A stretch of DNA of 64,000 bases, taken from positions 60,948,001 to 61,012,000 of the forward strand of contig NC_058368.1 of NCBI RefSeq assembly GCF_018350175.1, written 5' to 3'. This DNA comes from Felis catus (lineage: Eukaryota). This document shows positions 12,792 to 23,940 of this stretch, one piece after another. The stretch's first letter is position 1. The number at the start of each line of letters is the position of its first letter. The position numbers and the translations under genes are program-made. The notes under the pieces were generated by a model that saw only the letters and a list, made by a program, of their open reading frames with translations, did no database searches and was not told the origin of the DNA.

Positions 12792-13644
12792 CTGTCTTGC
12801 TATCGTAGAGAAAATGCCTGTTTTCCTATCAAAGCTTCACTCCAGTGCTTCTGCACTGGTTTTTATTCCCTCTTAAAAGTTATGGTTAATCTATTATCCC
12901 CTTTCGTGTGCATGATTTTTACCTGGTCAGTTTGATCTTGCTCTTCAGGATAAAACCATGTGTCATACATACGTCCTGTTTTGAGAGAAAACCATAATTC
13001 CCTAACTTAATAACACTCCCTTAAGTTTTTATTTCATTTGTCATCTACACTTATGATAAAATTCAACAGCTTAGACTAATATTTCCTTTTTTTATCTGCT
13101 TTCTCATCTTAGAAAGTCACTCCAATAAACCTTTGTATCTCAGATTATTTTCCATGTTAAAAGTGCTATTTCTTAACAATGGTGGAAAACTGAGTCATTG
13201 ATTTTCCAGACAGTACACTAACTCATTTTTCCTCTTTATTCATGAGCCCCTCCTTTTTGTTCTCTTTACTGGTTTACATCTCACCTTCTTGATCTCTCAG
13301 CATTAAAGTAGTTCAAGTTTCAATTTTGACGACCTTTCTATCTGCACAAAATTTCTTGATTTCATCTATAGTGTGGTTCAAATATCATACGTATGTTCTT
13401 ACCTTCTCATTGAGCTCTCAGATTTACAAATTCAATTTGCTATTCATCCTCTTTTGAAATGTCTGATAGGTGTCTTAAGATTAACACAATCCAAACTGAA
13501 CTCTTTATCTTCCCCATCAGACCTTGATGTGTCACTTGATATGTTATTCTGACTCCTATCCAATCAGCAAATCTGTTGGCTCTGAGTCCATGATATATGC
13601 AAAATACAGGCATCATCACCTCTTCTGCCGACTAACTTCAAAAT

Positions 13645-14180
13645 AGTTTCTACTTCTATGAAAAATATCATTGGAATTCTGATAAGGATTGCATTGTATC
13701 TCTATATTGCTTCTATACAATGGATATTTTAACAATACTAATTCTTTCAATCAAGAAACATGGGATTTCTTTCCCTTTGAGTTGTCAATTTTCTTTCATC
13801 AATGCCTTAGAGTTTTCGTTGTATATTCAGTTATATTTCAGCACCTTAAATTTATTCCTGAGTATTTTATTTTTCTTAAGGCTATTGTAAATAGGACTGT
13901 CATCTTAATTTCTTCTTCAGATAGTTCACTGGTACTGAATAGGGAAGCAATTGATTTTTGTATGATGTTGTATCCTGAAACTTTACTGATTTTTTTCATT
14001 CATACTAACAAATTTTTTGTGGAGTCTTTAGTTTTTTTTTATGTAGTTTAAGAGACTATTTTACTTTTTAATTTTTATTCCAGATATGTTTTATTTCTTT
14101 TTATTGCTTAATTGCTCTGGCTATGACTTTATTTTATTGGGTAAAAGTGATGAGAATGGGCATCCTTTTCTTGTTCCTGT
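13645..14180 (-). mobile_element. Old L1 ORF2 fragment (RT region)
   Basis: Aligns by eye to 1030-1570 of the first L1 (GGATTGCATTG..., TTGTATCCTGAAACTTTACTGA, GAGAATGGGCATCCTT). Confidence 0.85.
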
Positions 14181-14445
14181 TAAGACAAAATCGCTGCCTT
14201 TAATAAAAATATGGCTTACTAATTAGGATAAACTGTAATTAAAAAATAACATTACAACCTAGAATAGCCTCTAAAGAATAAAATATATGGTACTTCTGAT
14301 GAGAATAAAGTAAAAAAAAAAAAAAATAATGCAAATATTTCAAGAAAGAGTACCAAAGGTAAAATGAAAAGGAAACAAATGGAAAACAAGATGATTGACT
14401 TAATCTAAACCCATACTAGTGACCACATTAAATGTAGATGAGCTA

Positions 14446-14648
14446 GAAGAGCCTGGGTGGCTCAGTGGGTTGAGCATCCAACTTTGGCTCAGGTCATGAT
14501 CTCAGTTTGTGAGTTTGAGCCCCGCATCAGTCTGTGTGCTGACAGCTTGGAGCCTGCTTCGGATTCTGTGTCTCCCTGTCTCTTTCTCTGTCCCTCCCCT
14601 GCTTGTGCTCTGTCTCTCAAAAATAAATGTTAAAAAGTAAAAATAAAA
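14446..14648 (+). mobile_element. Can-SINE
   Basis: TSD AAATGTAGATG(A/G)GCTA at 14430-14445 and 14649-14664. Confidence 0.94.
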
Positions 14649-14739
14649 AAATGTAGATGGGCTAATAGCTCCAAATAAAAAGTTAGAGATTATCAGTAAG
14701 TGAAGACACCACTGTATGCTGCTTATAAGAGACGAAACT

Positions 14740-14937
14740 GGGGTGCCTTGGTGGCTCAGTCAGTTAAGCGTCCAACTTTGGCTCAGGTTATGATCTTGTG
14801 GTTCATGAGTTCAAGTTCCATGTCAGGCTCTGTGCAGATAGTTCAGAGCCTGGAGCCTCCTTCAGATTCTGTTTATCCCTCTCTCTTTCTGCCCTTCTCC
14901 CACAACCCCCCCCCAAAAAAATTAAACATTAAAAAAT
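14740..14937 (+). mobile_element. Can-SINE
   Basis: GGGGTGCCTTGGTGGCTCAGTCAGTTAAGCGTCC head, CT tract and A-tail. Confidence 0.92.
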
Positions 14938-15247
14938 GAAAAACACCACAAATAGATGGCAGTCAGAATGCTAAAAAGAAATATACCATGTAAATTGTAA
15001 TTCTAAGAAGCCTAACATGGTATATATATTACCATGAGACAGACTTGGCTTCAAAACAATGTTACTAAACATATATAAATACTATAATAGTCATATTACA
15101 TGTATGTACCTAATAGAGCTTCACATATACATGACATAATTCTAAATGTGTACCAGAAACATAACAGATTGAAAGAAAAAAGGACATATCCATAATTGTA
15201 AAATTGAAACTTAATATTCCTCTCAATTGCAAAAAAAGTAGAAAAAT

Positions 15248-15251
<4 letters not shown>

Positions 15252-15292
<41 letters not shown>
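15252..15292. repeat. (AC)20 microsatellite
   Basis: Perfect dinucleotide run. Confidence 0.97.
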
Positions 15293-15294
<2 letters not shown>

Positions 15295-15397
15295 TTGAAC
15301 ATTACTACCAGCCAATCTGAGGAAATAGAAAGCTATAGAACACTATAGTCAACAAATGGATTGCACAATGTTCTTTTTAAGTCCATGAACGTTCCCT

Positions 15398-15901
15398 GTT
15401 ATTGGAGTGCATATTTGTGCAACCCAAAAATTTATATGTTGAAGCCCTAACTCCCAATGAGATGGTATTTGTTGGTAGGTCCTTTAGGAAATGGTTAGAT
15501 TTAGAGGAGGTCTTGAGGGTGGAGCCTCTGTGATGGGGTTAATATGCTTATAAAGAGAGAAAGTACAAGCCAGGAAAAGGGCTCTCACCAGAATCCCATC
15601 AATGCTGGCACCCTGACTACAAATTTCTAGTCACCAGAGTTGTGAGAAATAGATTTCTGTTATGTCACCTAGTCTGTGGTATTTCTTAAAATGTTTGTTT
15701 TTGAGAGAGGGAGAGAGAGACAGAAGGGAGAGAATCCCAAGCAGGCTTGGCATTGTTAGCTTAGAGCCTGACGCAGGGCTCAGTCTCATAAACTGTAGAT
15801 CATGACCTGAGTCAAAACCAAGAGTCAGATGCTTACCCAACTGAGCCACCCAGAAACCTTTGGTCTATGGTATTTTCTAATAACCCTACAAGACTAAGGC
15901 A
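15398..15901 (+). mobile_element. MaLR solo LTR (MLT1A-like) interrupted by a SINE
   Basis: TG...CA ends; CCCAAAAATTTATATGTTGAAGCCCTAACTCCCAATG, GCTGGCACCCTGA, GTGAGAAATAGATTTCTGTT. Confidence 0.85.
15686..15860 (-). mobile_element. Can-SINE inside the MLT1 LTR
   Basis: Degenerate TSD T(A/G)GTCT(G/A)TGGTATTT; CTGAGCCACCCAG head. Confidence 0.9.
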
Positions 15902-16044
15902 TACCCCAGTGTAGACAATGTAATAGTCCATAACATAAGTCATAGTCAATTACAAAAGTTGAAACCTTCTCAATATACTTTATGATTAAAGATTAATAAA
16001 AACATGCATATAACCCCAAGTTATTTGGAAACTAATCAATGTAC

Positions 16045-16300
16045 TTTTTTCCCCCTTACATTGAAGTATACTTGATGCAGAATGTTAGAGTAGTTTCAGA
16101 TGTACAATACAATGATTCCACAAGTCTGTGTTCGGCTCTGCTCACCACAAGTGTAGCTATCATCTGTCACCAGGCACTGCTATTATAACATCATTGATTA
16201 TAATTCCTCTGCTATAGCTTTCTTCCCTGTGACTTATTCATTCCATACCTGGAAGCCTGTGTCTCCTACTCCCCTTCACCCATTTTCCTCAACCCCCATC
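16045..16300 (-). mobile_element. Carnivore-type L1 3'UTR fragment
   Basis: TAGTTTCAGATGTACAATACAATGATT..GCTCACCACAAG; similar to the L1 3' ends at 49350 and 50170. Confidence 0.75.
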
Positions 16301-18167
16301 CTAGGAAATCAGAAAATATTTTTAACTGAACACTAATGAAAGCACACTGTGTCGAACTTTGTGAGATGCAGCTGAAGCAGTGCTTTGAGAAAAAGTCTTA
16401 ATTATAAATCTTTATATTAGAAAAAGGTAACATGTAAATATAAATGTCCTAAGCTGTTATCTTTAGAATGTGAGTGGGGTGTGGAAATAAAGCAAAGCAA
16501 ACCCAATATAAATGGGGGGGGGGGAGAAACCAAATACCTTGTATCGTTCTACTTATATGAAGTATAACCTGCAATACTAACCTGAAATAGTTAACCAGAG
16601 GCAAGAGTAATGCTTGCCTCTGTGATACAGGTGGAGGAAAGGGGCATGAGGGAAGATTTTAGGGTGATGACAGTGATCTATATTTTGATGTGTCAATTTT
16701 ATGTGTGTACAGGTTGGTACAAACTCAAATGTACAACAAATATCTGTATCTTCTGTATGTAATTTTAACTTAGGAAAAAAAGAAACTCAATTAAAAAACG
16801 CATTGTATATAAACGTTAACCTATCCAAAGCAACATGTCAGAGTATACTCATCATTGGTATGCATTCTGACAACTTACATTCTATTTTCAGGTCTATTTT
16901 TTTATTTAATACAGCTGGCTCCAAATATTTTCACTGATTTTTATCACCTTAAGATCACTTATCTGCTTGCTGGATAGAGAACAATACCTTAGAATCCATA
17001 ATGTACTTTTACTTCACTCTTTATAGTAAGACGGTGTGATCATTGAGTAATAGAGAACAAGACTTGAAACGAATTTGTTTCTATATTTGAAATATGAACT
17101 AAATGCAAAGAAATGTTTCATTTCTTGCATTAGTAACTCATTGTTTAGGATCTTTTCCTTTTATGGAGGTGGGGAGAGGTCTATAAGTAGTCATTACTCA
17201 ACAGCTGTAGTATGATGTTAGACTAAAATGGGACCAGTTTTTATCTGAAATACAATCGTCACAGCTGGCAAGTGTTAGAACATTATCTCTTAGAACTTCT
17301 GTAAAATCTGTAGCAAGTTATCTTTAAAAATGCAAGAAATCAGTATCTATTGAATTTGTGTTATTTCATTTGTTTTGATGTTTTTTAAACTTGGTTGAAA
17401 AGCACATGTACATGCATACTCATACATACATGCCCACATGTTTTAACAAATAGACTTGACAGAAATATAAGTCAAGAAGTAAAGTGGAACTGCCGGAAAT
17501 GAAGAATTATAAAGATCAGATAGGCATACAGTTTCTTTCAAATATAGCACATAAGGTATGTGGGGGTGGGGTGGAGATAAAACCACTACATGCAGATAAA
17601 TTCTTTTAAGGATGTCATTTCTGCTTCAAATGTAGGTGTTTGCTTCTGTAGGACTTGTGTGGGTGTCAGTGTGATTGTGTAAAATGTTGGAAATAAGGAG
17701 TAATTTATTTTTAGTAGTCACATCTACTTATGAAGACATCAATATATAAATGAATCTATGGTTTCTAGGCCTTTGTTTATCCTAGCAAGGATTGAGAGAA
17801 CTGAAAGGAACTGAAACCAATTTGTCTCTTTCACATTGGAGAATTGAGTATCTTTTATGATAGGAAATACCATACCCCAAAGGAGAATGGAGGTGCTCCT
17901 TTGAAAGCACAGATTTTGGTTGAATTTGAGGAAGTCTGGGGAATATTGGAGGGAGAGAGACTGGGGGATGCATGCCATATCAGTGCTTGAGGCTGTCAAA
18001 AGATAATTGGGTGACACAGACTTTAAGAACTATTCCCAGGTTTTACTGCAGCATCTTAGGCATTTTTTAAGAGTGTTTAGAAGAATTACATTGCTTTGTC
18101 TTTGCTTTTGGATGTGCATCTGAATTCAACAACATGCTAAAATAGTCCTAAAGAGACCCGCTTTGAT

Positions 18168-18213
18168 GGAGTTATATTAGTAAGTTCAGAGGAGTTATAT
18201 TAGTAAGTTCAGA
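18168..18213. repeat. Perfect 23-bp tandem duplication
   Basis: GGAGTTATATTAGTAAGTTCAGA twice, adjacent. Confidence 0.95.
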
Positions 18214-18361
18214 CTTTCTTTGCATTTAAAGCATATATGTCAGCTATTTTGTTTTCAGAACTAAAGTAGCTCATTATTAAAGAGTGTCTCTTTTTATTTT
18301 AAAAGTGTGTGTGGTCCATAGTGAATTCATAATAATCATTTGCTTCACTAATGTGCTTTCA

Positions 18362-18494
18362 GTTTTTGTGTCTTCGTGTTTTTTGTTTTTTGTTTTTTTT
18401 TAATTTTCTGCTTCATTGTTTTTGTGGGGTTTTTTTTTGTTGGTTTTGTGTTTTTTTTTTTTTTTTTTGTTTTTGTTTTGGTTTGTTTTGTTTT
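18362..18494. repeat. T-rich / (GTTTT)n low-complexity tract
   Basis: Read directly; source of the Phe-rich and Lys-rich pseudo-ORFs. Confidence 0.9.
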
Positions 18495-19764
18495 AACACT
18501 GTTCACTCTTTTGGCCAAGTGTACATATAGCAACACCAAGTCTTCTTACCCACAAATCTTTCATTTATTCCTCCCGTTACTGTCAACTCTGCCCCAGATT
18601 GATAATTATTTTGTAGCATTAATAGTATTCCTTTTCATGAAATAACTTAATAGTTACTGATGGGTTAAACTGACTCCTGTAATATGGATAGGATTAGTAC
18701 TCCTGTAGCACTGACAATTTTGGTCACTGATTGTTAGGTAGCCTGACCTAGTTGACATGTCTGCCTTTTCCTTCTCACGGTGGCAGTATCTTTTGTGAAG
18801 CACCATTGTTGGTCCAGTTGTGTCCATTTCTAAGGCAGTCCTACCAGGAACAGTGCGTATGTCCTCTCCTTGCTCCTTCGGTGAGAACTCTTCCGAAAGG
18901 GATAGAGTGACTCAGATCAGGAAATCAGAAGCCAGTAGCCTGCATATCCTTTGCTCTTAATGAGAACCATAATTTGATTAATCAAATGGATGAACAAAAG
19001 CTCACATCATGACCGGTAGTAGCACTTCAGGATCTGCTCTTCCCAGTGTTGAATCCATTTGCAGCACTGGACTTGTGCCTTGGCATGTTTTTATTTTCAA
19101 AGTTGAACTGCTGCCTGGGATGCCTTGTTTCTATCTTATACTTATTAGTTGGAATTCTGGAGGCCAAGAGGTACCTGAATGGTGTCCAAAGTACTAACTT
19201 CTTAGTGCTCGTTTTACCACTTTGCTTTTTCTCTTGGGATCAACCTTTGCAGTTTTGGTAATTCCGATAGCCTGTTACTCTCCTTCTAATCCAGGATTTC
19301 GGAAGCTCTAGTGGTATATAGGCTCATGAATGATTTGTATGTGAGCTCATCAGTACACATTTTCCAAACAATGAACATTTACCCTCTGAGATGATATTAA
19401 TACTTTTACTTCTGTATCTGATGCTGATTAGGATATGAGGACTCCAGAATATTGCTGCCTGAGTAATCAAAGCCTTAAAATTTTTCAGCGTGTTATATAT
19501 AGGCTGCCATGCTTGACATGAAAACTAAATGGAAAACTGTGCTTTATATCTGAATATATTTATTGGTACAGAGATTACTGTGAAGCTATGAACGTGATTA
19601 TTAAATCTGTTTTATTACTGTATAATCAATGATTTCATATGCAACTTAACTATAGGTTACGTTTCACTTATAGTTAAGTTTCACTAGAGGTGAAATAGTG
19701 ACATTTCTAACTTGGATTTCTGTGTTTTTTAAATTTCCAAATCTAATATTAAAACATACCTTCA

Positions 19765-19950
19765 GGGGTTCCTGGGTGGCTCAGCTGGTTAAGCCTCCAA
19801 CTCTTGGTTTCAGCTGAGGTCATGAGCCCATGGTTTGTGAGATCAAGCCCCACATGGGGCTCTGTGCTTGGAGCACAGATCCTTCTTGGGATTCTCTCTC
19901 CCCCTCTCTTTGCCCCTCCCTCACTCATTGTCTCTCAAAATAAACTTAAA
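19765..19950 (+). mobile_element. Can-SINE
   Basis: GGGGTTCCTGGGTGGCTCAG head; TSD AAA(A/C)CATACCTT on both sides. Confidence 0.93.
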
Positions 19951-19975
19951 AAACCATACCTTTAAAGTCTCTATA

Positions 19976-20063
19976 ATTGAAGAGGGCATCTTTTGGGATG
20001 AGCACTGGGTGTTGTATGGAAACCAATATGAAATTTATTGTCAAATATTAAAAAAAAAGAAAA
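19976..20063 (+). mobile_element. Extremely 5'-truncated felid L1 (88 bp, 3' tip only)
   Basis: Matches the L1 3' end at 62031-62108; A-tail; perfect 13-bp TSD TAAAGTCTCTATA at 19963-19975 and 20064-20076. Confidence 0.93.
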
Positions 20064-20289
20064 TAAAGTCTCTATATAATGTTTGCCATTGAAAATTATT
20101 TTCTACAGTCTGAAAACAAAATTAGAAGCAATGAGATGAAATTTGTATCAGCAACTCTTTGGGTGTATTAAGTACTTTTAAACATTTCATGTAGGTAAAC
20201 AGTTTCAATAGTTTGTGTTTCCTTAGTGTTATCTAAATAGGGTGAAGACCAATGAAATTCAGTATCCTGAATTATTGTACAAACGACCC

Positions 20290-20640
20290 TGTCTCTTCAG
20301 CTCCCTGGCACTTCTGAAATTGAGGCTCTCAAAATTTCTCACCTAAATTATTGCAGTAGTCTCTTAAACATTTTCTTCCCTATAAATTTCATCCTGTTTC
20401 CCGTTCACCATGCACACTGATGCCAAGTGATTTTTCTGGAGTACTTGATTAGTTCATTCTGTGACCATCAAGCATTTCATGTCTTTTCAGTTGCCCTCCA
20501 TCTAAAATTTTAAACCTGTGTACAAAATGCATAAGTTACTCATTCTGGTTCCTTACTTATTTCTTAAAACCATGTCTTTTATATTCAAATTTGATTTCCT
20601 AGGCTGTGAGTTTTTACATGATAGTTCCCAATTTCTTTGA
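20290..20640 (+). mobile_element. LINE-2 3' region relic
   Basis: TCTCACCTAAATTATTGCAGTAGTCTCTTAA..CACACTGATGCCAAGTGATTTTTCT resembles L2 consensus. Confidence 0.55.
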
Positions 20641-20644
20641 CAAG

Positions 20645-21440
20645 CTGGCTTTCTGTTAGGGTCAACTAATAGGCATTAGGAGAAAATCATATGATGAGAA
20701 GAATGGATAAGAACGTTTCTTTATATTTCCAAGTTGCTGTCAGTATTCCTTTAGTGACCCTGTTCAGTTTCTGTCAATTTCCAGAGTCATTTGCAGCCCC
20801 AGCCGTCTGGGGCTTACTCACAGGTACCAAGAGTGAACGAGCCATGCCTTATTGTGAGAGTACCAGCCATGCCACTCTCCTAATCTGCTGGGAAACTGGC
20901 TTCCCTGAGACTGCTGTCCACATGGCTGAGTCCCTGTCAGGCTTGTCTCTTTCTCCCTGGTAGAACAACCTCGAGGTCTAGGATTGCTGCATCCCTCTAA
21001 GAACCTATCTCATGCACAGCTTCTCTGTGCCACTGGATTCTCATAATATCTCTTTTAGGTTTCCTAGCAGTAGGGTTTGGAACTAATTTCTGTAATTACT
21101 GTTTTCTAGATAACCCCAAGGTAGTCATTTTTCTCTTATCCAGTACATGTGTAATAAATTCCATCTGTCAAACTCCATCTTCTCTAAATTTGTAAGTACA
21201 GCTCTGTGATGGTAAATTTTTAACAACTGGTTCTCTGGTAGGGTGGGGCAAAGGGATCCATGATTTTTAAAATTTGCTCATTTCTAAGGTGTGAATACTT
21301 CCCATCATGACAGTTTTCAATCTACTGATACGAGGTCCCTGAATATGGAGTTAGAAAGATAAGTACACAATGGACTCGCCATTATGGACCCATTTCAGCA
21401 CACAGAGTATTTTTTGTGTTGTGGCTGCACCATGAGTGAA
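20645..21440 (+). mobile_element. ERVL-class LTR (LTR33/LTR41-like), probable 5' LTR
   Basis: TTTCTGTTAGGGTCAACTAATAGGCATTAGGAGA start region, AATAAATTCC poly(A) region at about 21153, and position directly upstream of ERVL internal sequence. Confidence 0.55.
21200..21408 (-). mobile_element. MER63A-like hAT-Blackjack non-autonomous element nested in the LTR
   Basis: CAGCTCTGTGATGGTAAATTTTTAACAACTGGTTCTC ... CAGCACAC degenerate TIRs; about 210 bp, matching remembered MER63A. Confidence 0.75.
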
Positions 21441-22451
21441 ACGTCAGAAAATGGACCCTCACAGATGGAATTCTGAGATTGTTTCTTTAAAATGGAAAAA
21501 AAAAAAAAGTTCTTCTGGGAATATGGCATGCCTTGGCATCTGGATTAAATTATAGTCACTAGTCACTTAGATTGAAGCACCTGAGGAAGATAAGGCTTTG
21601 GTGAGGCATGTTGCTGTTACTGTACATGAGTGTTCATGATGGTAGCTATTAATGGTATAAGTCTGAACAGAGTTTACAGAATGAAAAGGACAAACTCGGG
21701 AAATAAAACCAACTTTTAAGTCACAGTGATAGAAGCAGAGTTCTATGGCAGACCTCTTGTACCTGTAAGGTACTTGTGACTGAAAATTATACCCAATGTA
21801 ATTAACCATGTTGCTGAATTATGCTGTAAGCTGAAGCCAGAAATTTATCAAGTATTTAATGTATCAACTAGGAATCTTTTGTAAAGAAGTAGATTAATAA
21901 CTTAAATGGATTCAAATGATTCTGAAAGATGTCCAAGGCTTCATTGTCAATGGAAGTAACCCACTTTTTATCTTAAAAATATTGTAAAAGAGAATGTTTA
22001 TTCTAAAGATGCACTACTTCAATCCCTTATTTCATCTATAACTAGGTTATAATATGCTGCAGGGATTCAAGTGTGACATAACACAGGAAAAGATAGTATT
22101 TTTGCTAATTTGTATTTATGGAGGCTTAAGGGAAAATGTGTAAAATTGGATTTGAAAGATGTTAGTGTGAAGAGGATAAAATATAATCATGTGAGAAATT
22201 TATAGGTAACTTATCAGATATGGATTCTAATTATTCCAGTAGTTGGAAGTGGCTTAAGGAATTTGTGCTGAGCTACTTGAAAGCTGAATTCAATAGTGGC
22301 TGTTCCTCACTGAGGTTAAAGTGTCAAAATTTCTTTGATATAATGTGAAGGGATGAATGAAATGAACATGCAGTGGAGAAGGAATGAATTTTTTATGAAA
22401 GACCTGCACATATACATACTGGCACATACTCATGACTTGGAAGAATATTTC

Positions 22452-22667
22452 TTTTTAAATTTTTTTTTTACTGTTTATTTTTGAGAGAGAGCGCGCACTA
22501 GCAAAGAAGGGGCAGAGAGAGAGACACACACACACACAGAATCTGAAGCAGGCTCCAGGCTCTGAGCTGTCAACACAGAGCCTGATGCAGGGCTTGAACT
22601 CACAAACTGTGAGATCATAACCTGAGCTGAGGACATAGGCTTAACTAACTGAGCCACCTAGGTGCCT
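22452..22667 (-). mobile_element. Can-SINE
   Basis: T tail, GA/CA tract, CTGAGCCACCTAGGTGCC head; GAAGAATA on both flanks. Confidence 0.93.
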
Positions 22668-22697
22668 GAAGAATAATCCTTAATTAAAGACTTGAGA

Positions 22698-22857
22698 GGG
22701 GTGCCTGGGTGGCTCAAGTGGTTAAGCCTCTGATTTCAGCTCAGGTCATCTTGCAGTTCTTGAGTTTGAGCCCCACATCGGGCTCTGTGCTGACAGCTCA
22801 GAGCCTGGAGCCTGCGTTTCCCTTTCTCTAAAATAAATGAACATTAAAAAAAAAAAT
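22698..22857 (+). mobile_element. Can-SINE lacking most of the CT tract
   Basis: GGGGTGCCTGGGTGGCTC head; CTTGAGA repeated on both flanks. Confidence 0.92.
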
Positions 22858-23734
22858 AGGCTTGAGAAATGCATTAGTGAGGGAAAACCAACTTCCATAT
22901 AAACCTCTGTGATTGCTGGACCTTTTAGGAGGGGATGATGGTAGGAGATGCTATGAAGATATTCCTAATTTCAGTGGTAATTTTGGAGAAGCTTTATTGC
23001 TATCTTAATCTTGAGCAATAAAGGGGATAAATTATATTTGGAAGCAGGGACAATAGGGTAACAAAATGATTTAAACTGCAGATTTTGATGGTGATAAAAA
23101 GATCCTCAGTTTACCAAGACATGAAATCTATAAACAGTGTACCAAAGTGCTTGATTAAATGTACAGTTTCTAAATCTCAAGGCACAAATATAACTTAAAT
23201 TTACTCAGCATATCTCAAGATCATATGAAACTCATAGATTGTAAATCATCCTATAGGCTATATTTATTAGAAGCTGTGGTTACTTATGAAAACTTTGCTG
23301 GCATAAAATTAAACTATCAAAAAATTAAGTAAACAAACAAATCAATCAATAAATAAATAAAACTATGTTTTAGCAGGTTGATATTGGTCCTGGAGACTCA
23401 GTATGTGACTGGTCCACCAAAGTAGAGTTATTATGGGCCTCAATTAAGTTTGGGTACAAATCTTGCACAAGGGTAGGCCATTTGGTTCATGGAACTAATC
23501 TGTCATTGTTTAGTTTCTGAATGTATAAATGGAATAAATTTATGGTAATTTCAAATTGGTTTTTCAACCAATGGAGCAACAGCTATTATATTATGTAGTA
23601 CTATGTGGAAGCCCTTTGGTGGTCTTTTTTTTTTTTCTTTTTTAAACAATCTGATAAAAAAATGTATATTGTAGATTCAATAAATGCCATTAAAAAAAAA
23701 AAGTTTGGAAAAAGATTAGTGGTTTCTCAAAATC

Positions 23735-23940
23735 TTTTTTTTTTTAACATTTGCTTATTTTTGAGAGAGAGAGAATGAGTGGGAGAGGGGCAGAGAGAGA
23801 GAGGGGGGGGGGGGAGGGAGGGAGGGAGGGAGACACAGAATCCAAAGCAGGCTCCAGGCTCTGAGCTATCAGCACTGAACCCGAAGCGGGGCTCAAACTC
23901 ACAAACTGTGATAATCATGACCTGAGCCACCCAGGTGCCT
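23735..23940 (-). mobile_element. Can-SINE with an internal 27-bp deletion and an expanded G tract
   Basis: CATGACCTGAGCCACCCAGGTGCC fusion; G12(AGGG)4 at 23803-23830. Confidence 0.92.

Larger units (their letters stand above)
11330..13640 (+). mobile_element. LINE-2 relic (ORF2 region), interrupted by three SINEs
   Basis: 11425-11460 translates VILRDFNIHIDD (L2 EN GDFN motif). Also GAATGTGGCTGGAGAAAA and AATGTCTGATAGGTGTCTTAAGATTAACACAATCCAAACTGAACTC, typical of L2. Confidence 0.7.
14330..16800 (+). mobile_element. Ancient L1M fragments (ORF2 EN start through a 3' end), heavily interrupted
   Basis: ACATTAAATGTAGATGGGCTA..GCTCCA (TLNV.GL.AP), TGCTGCTTATAAGAGAC (CCL.ET), AACTTTGTGAGATGCAGCTGAAGCAGTG; L1ME/MD-like 3' end at about 16540-16800. 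Confidence 0.65.

Noticed and set aside
18348..18645. Phe-rich membrane-like ORF and Lys-rich ORF
   Set aside because: Both are translations of a T-rich low-complexity tract.
18787..18880. Possible coding exon (AG...GTGAGA, one open frame IFCEAPLLVQLCPFLRQSYQEQCVCPLLAPS)
   Set aside because: No recognisable protein similarity, a weak acceptor and no partner exons.
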